Part shown: positions 15,969-26,100 of the stretch, piece after piece
Numbering within the stretch: the first letter of the stretch is position 1
Layout: the number at the start of each line of letters is the position of its first letter
Virus record (IMG/VR): IMGVR_UViG_3300033562_000494
Span: 1 to 46,685 of that record
DNA length: 46,685 nt
Direction: 5' to 3' (one strand)
From: a virus
Taxonomy: Duplodnaviria > Caudoviricetes
Program-made: the position numbers and the translations under genes
The notes under the pieces: generated by a model
What the model was told of the DNA's origin: nothing
Database searches by the model: none
The model's input: only the letters and a program-made list of their open reading frames with translations

Positions 15969-16667
15969 ATGGACGAGACACAGATTAAAGAAGCGATTGA
16001 GAAAGCTAGGCTTGAAGAACGAACAAAGATTCACGACAAGCTTTCCCAAGCCGAACAAGAAGCTGCCCGTATGAAGGCGGCTAAAGAAGAGATGGAGCTT
16101 GCGTTTAAAGAGGCGAAAGATCAGGAGCTTAAAGCTCTTGACCTTGTTAAAAAAGCCAACGAAACCAATGAGGCTCTTAAAGCGTCTATCACAGCGGATA
16201 AGACCGTTGATGTTGACAAGCTTGTTACGGAGGTAGCTAAAAGCACTAAAGCCGCCCTTGAAGGCGAATATACCAATCAACTTTCGGAATTGAGCAACAC
16301 CGTGAAGTCTCTGAGCGCAGAGCTTTCCACATCACGGCTCAGTTCCTATCGAACCGAAGCCATCCAGAAAGCAGGAGGCGAAAATGTCCTGATTACTGAG
16401 TTGGTGCATGGAAATAGCCCTGCTGAAATAGATGCGTCTATTCAAACAGCTATTGCCGCGTTCCAGCGTGTTAAGGCTACGGTTCAACCATCTTCCACTA
16501 ATACTGTAATTCCAAACGCCCCAAGTGTAAGCGTGCCGCCAGTCCCTTCCACGGCATTGAGTCAACCGAGTAATTTGCAAGGAGGAGTCAAACAGATGAC
16601 TAATGCAGAATACGCGAAGGAAAGGACAAGGCTCCTAGCTGAGTCTGCTGCGGCAGTTTCCGCGTAG
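15969..16667 (+). CDS. Capsid scaffolding protein
   Basis: Coiled-coil N-terminus, P/S-rich linker, C-terminal helix MTNAEYAKERTRLL; directly upstream of the major capsid gene. Confidence 0.8.
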   Translation: MDETQIKEAIEKARLEERTKIHDKLSQAEQEAARMKAAKEEMELAFKEAKDQELKALDLVKKANETNEALKASITADKTVDVDKLVTEVAKSTKAALEGEYTNQLSELSNTVKSLSAELSTSRLSSYRTEAIQKAGGENVLITELVHGNSPAEIDASIQTAIAAFQRVKATVQPSSTNTVIPNAPSVSVPPVPSTALSQPSNLQGGVKQMTNAEYAKERTRLLAESAAAVSA

Positions 16668-16742
16668 TAACAGCTAAGAGTTAAAAAGGTGTCCCCTCGT
16701 GGGGCAAAAGTCGAATAAAAATTAAATAAGGAGTAACAGTAT

Positions 16743-17723
16743 ATGGCGAATAAATTAACAGTTGTGGCAGGAGCGGGAGATTTAGTCCCCCTGTCTAATG
16801 CGGTGTTGGATGTGTGGTCAAAAGAACTTTTGTTCCAAGCCCAGCCCATCCTTCGCTTTGCGAGCGTAGGTAAAATCAAAACGGAGCTTGGAGGCAAACC
16901 CGGTAAAAAGCTTTCTTTCTTGAAGTATGCTGCCCTTTCAGGGTCGAGTGCTTTGACGGAAGGCGTTGCGATGACGAAAAAGGCGTTGGGAACTTCCAGT
17001 GTATTTATCGAAGTCAGCGAACATGGCTACGCCGTCGCAGTCAGTGAGTTCTTGCTCAAAACAACCTTCCTCAACATTATGAACGACACGGCTCTCTTGC
17101 TCGGTCGGCACTATGCCACGGAGTATGATTCGATGTGCCGTGATGCTCTGATGACCTGCACCAACTCGGTGTTTTCGCAGAAAGGTGGCGCAGCAGGAAC
17201 TCGTGCTGATCTTACTGCGGGCAGCACCTTCGATGTCAACGCTGTCCGTGATGTTCAAGAACTTTTGGCTACCCTCAAAGTGCCGAAGTTTGGCGGCGAC
17301 GCTTACATCGGGTTTATTACCCCTCACCAAGCTCGTAACTTGCGGGAAGACTCCGCTTGGGTTAATGCGAACCTCTACGCTTCGCCTGAGAACATCCTTC
17401 GCGGTGAAGTTGGTCGCATTGAAAATGTCCGTTTCGTGGAAACCACGCAATGCCAAGTCATTGACGCTGGCACGAACGACATTTTTGCTGACTCCGTAGA
17501 TACAGGTAACAATGTTGCGGGCGCAGCGGCTCCTGCGGGTGTGGATGTCCACCGTGCGGTTGTCGTGGGCGACTATTGCCTCGGTATTGGTGAAACCCTC
17601 CCTGTCGAACTCCGTGACGATGGCGTTACCGATTTCGGTCGGGAACATTCCCTCGCCTACTACGGTATCTTCGGTGCAGGCTTGATCGAGTCCTCGCACG
17701 CTGTTATTGTCGAAACTGCCTAA
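16743..17723 (+). CDS. Major capsid protein (HK97 fold, N4-gp56-like)
   Basis: WSKELLFQAQPILRF, LTEG, EHGYAVAVSE, GEVGRIENVRFVET, DFGREHSLAYY; strong TAAGGAG RBS; biased codon usage. Confidence 0.9.
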   Translation: MANKLTVVAGAGDLVPLSNAVLDVWSKELLFQAQPILRFASVGKIKTELGGKPGKKLSFLKYAALSGSSALTEGVAMTKKALGTSSVFIEVSEHGYAVAVSEFLLKTTFLNIMNDTALLLGRHYATEYDSMCRDALMTCTNSVFSQKGGAAGTRADLTAGSTFDVNAVRDVQELLATLKVPKFGGDAYIGFITPHQARNLREDSAWVNANLYASPENILRGEVGRIENVRFVETTQCQVIDAGTNDIFADSVDTGNNVAGAAAPAGVDVHRAVVVGDYCLGIGETLPVELRDDGVTDFGREHSLAYYGIFGAGLIESSHAVIVETA

Positions 17724-17739
17724 TAAACGGTTAGCTAAC

Positions 17740-17773
17740 TAGGGCAGGGAAGCTTTTAAACTTTCCTGCCCTA
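17740..17773 (+). terminator. Hairpin after capsid gene (terminator or mRNA stabiliser)
   Basis: TAGGGCAGGGAAG-cttttaaa-CTTTCCTGCCCTA; weak U-tail. Confidence 0.65.
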
Positions 17774-17804
17774 TTCGCTATAACCCAAAACAAAAGGAGA
17801 TTTT

Positions 17805-18185
17805 ATGAATCAAACAAATCCTATTCAAATGGAAGAGCCTAAGAAAATGCTCAGTGGCGTTAAGTCCTTAGCAGGTGGCGCAGGTGCTACCGTTATTGCT
17901 AAGTTGGCAGTTCCTGTGGGAGTCACTTACTTCGTGAAGTGCCTCGTTAAAGCCGTTGATACTACGGCTGATGAAGCCGCCAGTTATATGCTTCAAGTAG
18001 CCGTTCGTCGTTCTGCGGCAGGAGCCGTTGCTCTTGTGGGCGCGGTAGATGCTGTTAGCGGTGAAAATGATGCTACTTGGGCAGCCACACTGGTCGCAGA
18101 CGATGTGAACAAGTCAATCAACCTGACTGTTACGCCTGACGCGGCAAATACTACGGTGTTCACCTACTCGATGGAAGCCGTCTAA
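17805..18185 (+). CDS. Putative head decoration/virion protein
   Basis: AAGGAG RBS; Ala/Val/Thr-rich beta-type sequence directly after the capsid gene. Confidence 0.6.
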   Translation: MNQTNPIQMEEPKKMLSGVKSLAGGAGATVIAKLAVPVGVTYFVKCLVKAVDTTADEAASYMLQVAVRRSAAGAVALVGAVDAVSGENDATWAATLVADDVNKSINLTVTPDAANTTVFTYSMEAV

Positions 18186-18201
18186 ATTCAACCCTTCGCA
18201 G

Positions 18202-18234
18202 AAGTTTAGCCCTAAACTATTTAGAGCTAAACTT
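18202..18234. promoter_or_regulatory. Tandem pair of palindromic motifs (15-bp offset)
   Basis: AAGTTTAGCCCTAAACTA overlapping CTATTTAGAGCTAAACTT. Confidence 0.8.
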
Positions 18235-18274
18235 TTTGCGGAACTTAAACCCCAAAAACACAGAAAGTAAAAAT

Positions 18275-18607
18275 ATGAAAGTTAATAAATCGAAAGCTAA
18301 AGTTATCATTGCGGAAGACGAGCCTACTACGGCTCTTGACCCCCAGCTACCTGAGGAAACCGCCGCCCTTCCAGAAGCGTCCATCATTGACGACACCGTG
18401 ACTCCTGATTCGGTTCTTCCTAGAGTGGAGGGCAATATGCGAATCACTATGCTGGAATCCATCCGCTCACCGAGAGTCGGCTTCCATGACATTCGCCGCT
18501 TGCTCAAAATAGATGAGATGAAGGCGCAAGCGACCTACACCGTTCCCGCCCAAGTCGCCCATTTTTTGGTTGATGCTAAAAAAGCAGTTATTCTCAGCCT
18601 AAACTAA
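18275..18607 (+). CDS. Hypothetical head-completion region protein
   Basis: ATG at 18275 preferred over the TTG at 18236; position after capsid genes. Confidence 0.65.
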   Translation: MKVNKSKAKVIIAEDEPTTALDPQLPEETAALPEASIIDDTVTPDSVLPRVEGNMRITMLESIRSPRVGFHDIRRLLKIDEMKAQATYTVPAQVAHFLVDAKKAVILSLN

Positions 18608-18620
18608 ACCCTTTGCGTAT

Positions 18621-19673
18621 ATGGCATCCTTGCAAGAATTGCGGACGAGGTTAATCTCTCAAGCCAGAGTTCAAGACAGCGAGCGCATCGCAAATGAGAC
18701 TTTGGACGCGTTCTTGCAAGATGCCATGACGCAACATAACCCCAACTACACTTATGCCACGCTTCCTATGCGTGAGGTGGAATTGGTGATTACGCTGGCA
18801 TGGATTAGCGTTTGTTTGAATCGAGCTTCTGTTTATGTCAATACGACAGACCTAAAAGGAGCCACGCACCCCGCTGGCGGTTACGGGCATGAAAGAGGGT
18901 CGCCCTTTGGTAAAAATATGGAGATGGTCAGCTTCCTCCAAAAACGCTACCAGCAACTTTTGAATCAACTTTCAACCACGGACAGTAGCCCTTCGGGGCA
19001 AATTGTCGTCGGTCGAATCATTCGCCGAGGGAATACCTCTGCGGCAGAAGCCTTACCCATTAAGATTGCGCCTATTGTGCCTATCAGTTTGTTTATTACA
19101 GCTATTGATGCCACTTCGGTAACGCTCACTTGGGCTTACTTAGTATCTGCCGAAGTTTACGCCGTTTCTTTGTGGTCTTCAACTTCACCCATCCGAGAGG
19201 AATGGAACATAGACGGACTTGAAGGAACACCCCAAGTTTCTTCAACAGCTACTTTGGTGACAGCGATTACGAATACCGACACTAAAACGGTTAAAGTGAC
19301 AGGACTCATTGCAGGGACGACTTACTACTTCTTAGCTACTTTGAAGACCTACAATGATAGGGTTTCATATTCTAACGAGCTTTCTGCATCCCTTTCTACG
19401 CCCGTTATTGCCCCCAGCCACTCAATCCCCGTCTTAACGACCTTGGCGAGCTTAAACCTAGCTTTAAACGCCGCCATGACCCCTTTCCAAGTGACCGCTT
19501 CCAATAGCCCCACCGCTTATACATTCTCGCCCCTTCCCGTAGGCTTGGTTTTTGACCTAAATACGGGCATTTTGAGCGGAACACCTACTGTAGCAGGAGT
19601 TACAGCAGCTACGATTACCGCAAGCAACTTATCAGGAGTAGGCAACGCTGCTATCAGTATCTCCGTTGCTTAA
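18621..19673 (+). CDS. Putative head-tail adaptor with C-terminal FN3-like and Ig-like domains
   Basis: Helical N-terminal domain; SVTLTW...VTGLIAGTTYYF...SYSNE (FN3-like); LPVGLVFDLNTGILSGTPT (putative Ig). Confidence 0.7.
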   Translation: MASLQELRTRLISQARVQDSERIANETLDAFLQDAMTQHNPNYTYATLPMREVELVITLAWISVCLNRASVYVNTTDLKGATHPAGGYGHERGSPFGKNMEMVSFLQKRYQQLLNQLSTTDSSPSGQIVVGRIIRRGNTSAAEALPIKIAPIVPISLFITAIDATSVTLTWAYLVSAEVYAVSLWSSTSPIREEWNIDGLEGTPQVSSTATLVTAITNTDTKTVKVTGLIAGTTYYFLATLKTYNDRVSYSNELSASLSTPVIAPSHSIPVLTTLASLNLALNAAMTPFQVTASNSPTAYTFSPLPVGLVFDLNTGILSGTPTVAGVTAATITASNLSGVGNAAISISVA

Positions 19674-19678
19674 ATTTT

Positions 19679-20263
19679 ATGGGCAATCGCGGGGATATTA
19701 AGGTTAGGATTCAAGAACGAGATGTAACGAAGCTGATGGCTTCGATGAATAATTTCCCCAAAAGGCTTCAAGGGATTCTGAAAGACATGTTTCGTGTTTG
19801 GGGGTATGAGACTGAGGCTAGGCTCCAAACAAATTATCCAAGAGAAGAAAACAAACACCAGAAGCGGCTGGAGTCCGACTATTGGCTGCGTATCGTCCCC
19901 GACCATGTAGCCGAAGGGTGGAAAGCGCACCTGTTTGGCACAGCAGCAGGAAGATTTGGTTTTTCCGTTAAGAATAAGTATTCCACATTGCACGAACAGG
20001 CTAGAGCCGTTATTGGAGCACTTGAGTATGGAAGTAAAGGGGGCGTTGTAATTACCCCGAAAATAGCAGAGTCGCTAACTTTCAAAAATCTCGTCAAGGT
20101 AACACCGAAAAGGAAGTTGCGCCGTTATTCTTTTGTTCATGTTATGCGCGTTAAGCAAAGTCCCATGAGAGCAAAGCACCCCGTGCAGAAAGAGGCGACA
20201 GCTTTAAAGAAACGGATAGCTTATTCCCTCAGTAGATTAGACATTAACAAGGCGTTTATATGA
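19679..20263 (+). CDS. Putative neck/tail-completion protein (HK97 gp10-like)
   Basis: Basic protein with ALEYGSK motif; position in the neck module. Confidence 0.6.
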   Translation: MGNRGDIKVRIQERDVTKLMASMNNFPKRLQGILKDMFRVWGYETEARLQTNYPREENKHQKRLESDYWLRIVPDHVAEGWKAHLFGTAAGRFGFSVKNKYSTLHEQARAVIGALEYGSKGGVVITPKIAESLTFKNLVKVTPKRKLRRYSFVHVMRVKQSPMRAKHPVQKEATALKKRIAYSLSRLDINKAFI

Positions 20264-20742
20264 ATATGACACTCGCTATCAGGAATGAATTGGTCAGGAT
20301 GGTTAGGGACGACTTTGTTTCAACGAAGACCTACACCCTTCCAGATGGAATCGTTCGCAACTACACTAACAGCTTTTTTAATGTCGGCGAACTTTATAAT
20401 GCCGAAGCGGGCAGGTCAGAAGACCTAGACTACCCAAAAGCGTATGTCGTCTTTTACTCGGGGCATGAAGAAGTCGAGATGTCAAGACGAACCTTGGTGT
20501 CCGATTTTTTCGCCATTATTTTTGTGACGAAGTTTTGTGGCGGGGTTGGAGAAGCTTCCTCAGCAACTAAGATTTTGACTATCCTCGATGAATTTAAAAT
20601 TTTCCTACAACAGTATCCCACCTTGAATGACAAAGTAAATTGGGCGTTTATAAGGGACTACAACATTGACGGCGGCATCGCAGAACCAGAGGCTATTTTG
20701 TCTATTCTGCTGGAAGTGAGCTACCATAACGACTTTTGCTAA
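20260..20742 (+). CDS. Putative tail terminator protein
   Basis: 160 aa, DYPKAYVVF motif, immediately upstream of the tail tube. Confidence 0.6.
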   Translation: MNMTLAIRNELVRMVRDDFVSTKTYTLPDGIVRNYTNSFFNVGELYNAEAGRSEDLDYPKAYVVFYSGHEEVEMSRRTLVSDFFAIIFVTKFCGGVGEASSATKILTILDEFKIFLQQYPTLNDKVNWAFIRDYNIDGGIAEPEAILSILLEVSYHNDFC

Positions 20743-20760
20743 TAATTTAGACCTAAATTA
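20743..20760. promoter_or_regulatory. 18-bp palindromic motif copy
   Basis: TAATTTAGACCTAAATTA directly after a stop codon, upstream of the tail tube. Confidence 0.9.
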
Positions 20761-20829
20761 TTAAACAAAAAGGATTGCACCCCCTTCTAAAACGGTGTAA
20801 AAAATAAAGAACTTAACAAAGGAGTTAAT

Positions 20830-22218
20830 ATGATCGCCAAAGGCGCAAAAAGCGTAATCTCGTTTAAAGAAGAGGTTACATGGGGAACAGAACCCACGAC
20901 AGGGTATCAAGACATTTCGTTTTCGAGTGAGAAATTCACCGAAAAGATTAACACCGTCATGTCAGACGAGATTCGTAGGGATCGTAGTGTTCCTAATGTT
21001 CGCGGCGGCAACATTGCGGCTGGCGGCGATTTGACCACTGACTTCGGCATCTCTCGTTGGGGTAATTGGCTGCGGCACGCTTTGGCAGCTACATCAGCTT
21101 CGGCTGCGGTTGTTTCAACTCCTTTGGAAGCAGGTGTCGTTGCTATTGGTGATGTTCGTGTGTCAAACGGCAAAGCGTATGCTTGTTTGCATGGGGGAAC
21201 TTTGACGAACACGGAAGCAGCCATAGCAGCTACTGCCGATAATCTCACAGGAATTATCAACTGCCCTCCAGCGCACTTGTTGACCACAGGACGCGCCTTC
21301 TTTCTTACGGGAACCACTGCCCCTGCGGGGTTAGCATTGAACACGGTGTATTACGCCATCGTTATTGATGCAGACGACATTAAACCCGCTTCTTCGTATG
21401 CAAACGCTCTTGCAGGAACAGCTATTGCCTTCACAGATGACGGCACAGCTATTTCTATCAATGCGACTCCTTCGCTGGTGGCAACCTCGGGAACTGCTAC
21501 TTTGCAATCTACGAAGTGGGTTTATATCGGGGCTTCAACGCTTTCCCTTAACAAACATGTTCTCACAGCGGGCGCAGATATGCCAGCGGGCGGTATCGCC
21601 GTCGAGAAGGGTGTTTTGGGCGGTGACGAGAACTTCTACCTCACGCTGCTTGGTGGACGCATCAATACACTGGATATTAAAATCCAGAAGGAAAAGATGG
21701 TCGAGTCCACTTGGGGCTTGTTGTTCAAAGAAGCGGTGCAAACTACGACTCCCCACGCTGCGGCTGGAGATTCGATCACGGATACTTCCGTGATGTGCTA
21801 TGATGTTGCGTTGGTGATTGGCGATACGCTTGCGTGCCGTCCCGTTACTGAGGGTGACATTAGCTTGAAGAACAATATTGCGGAAGATGTTTATACCCTC
21901 TGCTCCCGCTATCGGGAAGAGCTTCCAGAAGCTAGGCGCGAAGTTTCAGGCAAAATCTCTACCTATTTTAGAGATGCCACGGAATACACCCTGTTCAAGA
22001 ATGAAACCACCTTCTCATTGGTTTTCAGCTTCACTTCTTCGGGCAAGACGCTGATTATTGAACTTCCTGAGAACAAATTCACTGGCTCACCTACGCCTAC
22101 CGTTAGCGGTCAAGGCGTGATTACCTCTGACTTTGAGTTCACTTCGTTCAAGAACACGGCGAACTACGACATCCGTGTTACCATCATTGACGGCAACGCC
22201 GCTTTGATCGGTATCTAA
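20830..22218 (+). CDS. Major tail tube protein with internal accessory domains
   Basis: KEEVTWGTEP, SDEIRRDR, GGDLT, REVSGKISTYF, IELPENKF motifs; strong RBS; ~135-aa insertion at residues ~100-234. Confidence 0.85.
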   Translation: MIAKGAKSVISFKEEVTWGTEPTTGYQDISFSSEKFTEKINTVMSDEIRRDRSVPNVRGGNIAAGGDLTTDFGISRWGNWLRHALAATSASAAVVSTPLEAGVVAIGDVRVSNGKAYACLHGGTLTNTEAAIAATADNLTGIINCPPAHLLTTGRAFFLTGTTAPAGLALNTVYYAIVIDADDIKPASSYANALAGTAIAFTDDGTAISINATPSLVATSGTATLQSTKWVYIGASTLSLNKHVLTAGADMPAGGIAVEKGVLGGDENFYLTLLGGRINTLDIKIQKEKMVESTWGLLFKEAVQTTTPHAAAGDSITDTSVMCYDVALVIGDTLACRPVTEGDISLKNNIAEDVYTLCSRYREELPEARREVSGKISTYFRDATEYTLFKNETTFSLVFSFTSSGKTLIIELPENKFTGSPTPTVSGQGVITSDFEFTSFKNTANYDIRVTIIDGNAALIGI

Positions 22219-22235
22219 TAAAGATTGGATCAAAC

Positions 22236-22272
22236 ACACCCTCCTTGGCGAGTGCTAGGGAGGGTGTTTTGT
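22236..22272 (+). terminator. Intrinsic terminator
   Basis: ACACCCTCCTTGGC-gagt-GCTAGGGAGGGTGT followed by TTTGT. Confidence 0.8.
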
Positions 22273-22305
22273 TCACAGCAAACAAACAGAAATAAGGAGA
22301 CATAT

Positions 22306-22749
22306 ATGGAAAACATTGAATTAGCATCTTTGATTAAAGCAAATGACAAACCCGAGACTTGGGTAGAATATCGAGACGGGATTACTTTCAAGCTGACCTA
22401 TCTCTCTCGTCCAGAGCTTCAAAAAATCGTCAAGCGAAGCACCGTGTTCAAATACGACGAGAAGGCCAAAACCCGTGTTCAGACAACGGACTCGGAAAAG
22501 CTTACTGAAGAGTTTTGTAAGGCAGTTGTGAAAGACTGGAAGGGCGTTACTTTCCGTTCTCTAGCAACTATGACCAACATAGACCTCAAAGCGATCGCCG
22601 AGGAGCGCAGAGACTTTGAAATTGCGTTCTCTCACGATAACTGTGTCACGCTTATGCGAGAGGCGTATGATGTGGATACCTTCATCCAAGAAGCTTCTAC
22701 GGACATTCGCTATTTCAACGCGGGACACGCCGAAGAAATAAAAAACTAA
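22306..22749 (+). CDS. Tail assembly chaperone (lambda G-like)
   Basis: TAAGGAG RBS before ATG at 22306; VVKDWKGV motif; between tube and tape measure; ends in a slippery site. Confidence 0.85.
   Translation: MENIELASLIKANDKPETWVEYRDGITFKLTYLSRPELQKIVKRSTVFKYDEKAKTRVQTTDSEKLTEEFCKAVVKDWKGVTFRSLATMTNIDLKAIAEERRDFEIAFSHDNCVTLMREAYDVDTFIQEASTDIRYFNAGHAEEIKN
22740..22746 (+). other. Programmed -1 frameshift heptamer A-AAA-AAC
   Basis: X-XXY-YYZ heptamer directly before the TAA; the -1 frame is open from here (LTDFADWHFNKANLSCEDC...) to 23099. Confidence 0.85.
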
Positions 22750-23099
22750 CAGACTTCGCAGATTGGCATTTTAACAAGGCTAATTTGTCCTGCGAAGACT
22801 GTAGTCGCTTCCATAGGGATTTTGAGCGGGTGGAGCCGCCTTGCAACACCACCTGCCCAAAACCTGAGCTTATGCCAGAGAACGAAATGGCATGGAATCT
22901 CGCCATCCAGCTTACCTCACAACTGAGGTTTGCTGGTATGAGCGGAGTTATTGTTGGTTTTGATTTTGCTGTTCTCCCTATGTATCTTACTGCTTACTTT
23001 GTCCCACAGAGTGAATGGCAGTTTTATATTGAAAAGATTACCGCCGTAGGTAGAATAATGACCGAATATTGGAAACCCGATACGCCCACCAAAGACTAA
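22746..23099 (+). CDS. Frameshift extension of tail chaperone (lambda T-like)
   Basis: In the -1 frame with no own RBS; PELMPENEMAW...SQLR...GFDF motif. Confidence 0.8.
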   Translation, partial: LTDFADWHFNKANLSCEDCSRFHRDFERVEPPCNTTCPKPELMPENEMAWNLAIQLTSQLRFAGMSGVIVGFDFAVLPMYLTAYFVPQSEWQFYIEKITAVGRIMTEYWKPDTPTKD

Positions 23100-23105
23100 G
23101 CAAAA

Positions 23106-23123
23106 TAATTTAGAACTAAATTT
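23106..23123. promoter_or_regulatory. 18-bp palindromic motif copy
   Basis: TAATTTAGAACTAAATTT, 6 nt before the tape measure ATG. Confidence 0.85.
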
Positions 23124-23129
23124 TTCAGT

Positions 23130-26100
23130 ATGGCTAAAAAGCAGACAGTAGAACTAGACTTTATAGGAGATACTTCGCAGCTTGAAAAAGCAGCGAAGCG
23201 CGTAAAAGCGGTTATTTCCGACTTACCTAAAAACGCTCCCATATCTGATGTCGGGCGTAGCACGGCGGGATACCTAGAAAAACCGTCAGGTAAGCTTAAA
23301 CCGACGCTCAAGACTACCACTTCGGAGCAAAACGGAGTCACTACTACCGTATCCAAAGACCAATTAGGTAATATAAGCTATAAGCAGCATATGTCGGGTT
23401 CGAGTGTCTTACGCAGCCGCCTTGCTCAAGCAGCGCAAGCGTATGACAATAGTCTGGCTCAGATGGTTGACCCCTTCAAAAGAGGGCAGCATATTTTGAA
23501 AAAAGCGTCCGCCCTTGAAGATGTCGTTCGTAAGCACGGAGCCGAAGGTAGTAGTGCCAATGCTCGCGCAGAAGGGCATATTCGTTCATTACGCAGAGCC
23601 GCAAGCAAAGAAATTAGCTCAGGTGTCAGTAACCAACTACAAGGAATACTGTCCACACTAAAGAACGAAAATTTAAAAACGAAAGATAGCAACCTCCACG
23701 AAGCCAACTATCTAAAAGCGGCTACCAGCTTAAACAAGTTGAAGAAGGCGGCTGGAATAAGTAGCAAAGATGTAGCCGCGATAGAGAAGGCGCACAAAGC
23801 CCTAGATGCCACTCTTCCTCGTATGGGAGAACACCAATTTAGAGCTAAAGTATCAACCACAGCGGAGTCTTTTGACGCTAAGTTATCTAAGGTTATTGAC
23901 CCGCTTAAACGGGGAGCCTTGCTTAATAAAAAAGCCGAAGCCCTTCAAGGTCTTAGAGATTCTTATAGCGGAGAAGAAGGAGCGACTACTCGTAAAGTTG
24001 CCAAGGACATTCGTGCAGCTAAACAAGCGGCGGCAAAAGCCATAAGTGACGGAGTTACCTCCCAAGTTTCCGATATAAAAACTCGTCTGGATATTGCAAA
24101 CAGACAAGCCCCCGATGCTGACACAAAACTAACAAACTACGCTAATGCGCTGTCTGAGCTTAATAAAGCGAAGAACGCTTTAGGCGCAAGTAGCAAGGAT
24201 AAAGCTGCCATAGATAAAGCACGCAAGCAGCTTCAAGCAGACTTACCGAAAACATGGACGAACCAGTTTAATGAAAACTTAGCTTCCGTGGAGGCGAGCT
24301 ACGCAAAAAAGATAGCTAAAATCACTGACCCCATGAAACGGGCTAAACTTTTGGATAAGCAAGCCGCCGAACTTCAAAACATTATAGACACTCAAGGCAA
24401 AGAAGATAGTGCTGCCACTCGAAAAGCGGCGGCAAGTGTGCAGAGACTTAGTAAAGCGTCAGCGAAGGCGATGTCACAAGGCGTAAGCGAAAGACTAAAA
24501 GGTATCACAAATACCTTAGAAAACGATAACAGGAAAGAGACAGATAAAGGTAGAGTCACTGATAACTACATACGAGCCTCTGATGCTATAAATAAACTAA
24601 AGAAGACGGCGGGAATAAGTCAAAAGGATGTGGATGCCCTAACAAGGGCGCAACGAAAGTTAGAGTCTTATCTGCCCAAAACAAATGTTGCAGCCTCCCA
24701 AGAGCGATTAGCTGACAAACTTGGAGCCATTTCACATATTATGAAGTCTGCCTTCGCAAAAAATGCTTCTTCCCCTCTTCTAAGTAAAAGCGACCAGATA
24801 CAGCAGGATTTGGTTCACGCAAATGAAGCTCTTAGCCGTATAAATCAGTTAGAGAATCAAGCTAACTCTGCCCGGGCGCAGAAACAGATATCGAAAGCGC
24901 GCTTAGGTGTGCAAACCAAGATAGGCGCACTAACCGCCTCCCAAGCTAGTCTTGACCATCAAGAGGTTCGCCGAGAAGCCGCACAGAGAGCGAACGCTAA
25001 TATGGAGATAGGCTGGGGAGCGCAGTTTGTAGCTTTTGGTCTTTTCCAGTCAGCCTTGGATGTTGTTACGAGAGCGTTTTACTCCCTTGTGTCCGTTGTG
25101 CAACAAGTCGCAATGGGGCTTAAAGATATGTTTCTCAGCTTTCTTCGTGTCAATGAGAAGTTTGCGGGGATGGAGACTACCGTAGCCTCTGCCTTAGGCG
25201 ATCCTAAGCACGCAAAAAATATCGTAGATGAAATAGCTACCATTGCAGGTAAGTCCTTTCTGCCCACCGACGACCTCTTGAATATGTATCGCTCGGCATC
25301 CGTTCTCCCACAATTTAGGTCTAAATTTATTGAAGAATCTTCGGCAGGGGCGTTAGGAGAGAAAGATAGCTCCTTTCAGCAATTTCGGCAGCTTATTGAG
25401 CAAATGGTTACTTTCCGTCCTGATAAAACGGCTACGGATGCCATCTTCTCTTTGCGTGAAGCTTTGGGCGGCAACTTTGTTTCTTTGGGCAAACGCTTTG
25501 ATGTCTCCGTGAATACGATTGCCAATGTTACAGGAACTTCGCGGGCAGCAATGAAAGCCAGCCCCGAAAAGACCCTAGAGACTTTACAGAAGTTTTTTGG
25601 GGCGATTATATCTCCCGAAGCGGTAGCCAAGATGACCAACCAGCCGACAAGGTTGTTTGAAAACATCATGGAGCAATTTACAGTGTTGATGCCCCGCATT
25701 TTAGGGAATACTTTTTTTGCCGAGGTCGGGCAATCGCTTTATGAATACGCCTTGAACCCTTTTGTCCAGTTGCTAGAAGATGTCTTGTCTCCTTTTTTTG
25801 AAGAAGACGGCACTTTTGAACAGACCTATGCAGAAGACTTAGCTAAGGCAGTAAAAAATCTTTTTGATACGCTCGTTGCGGCGGTTCGTGTGCTGGCACA
25901 GAATATCCTACCTCACATAGAGAAAGCCTTTGGGATAAACTCTACCGACGCAGACTCTTCTGCTAAAGGGCTTTTAGGAAGAGCTATAGCCGCGTTTACT
26001 GCCTCTTTGAACTGGTTAAGTGATAAACTCCCTACCGTAGTTAGTGAGGTCGTAAAAGTGCTTCCTGCCCTCGTTAATATGTTCAAAACACTTCTTAGTG

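Noticed and set aside
16938-17699. 253-aa minus-strand ORF and other long antisense ORFs (e.g. 3707-4255, 5741-6262, 40776-41405, 43373-43894)
   Set aside because: They lie opposite well-supported + strand genes, lack recognisable motifs, and are expected shadows of codon bias.
22225-22305. N-terminal extension of the tail chaperone from TTG at 22225
   Set aside because: It runs through a terminator hairpin; ATG at 22306 has a strong TAAGGAG RBS.
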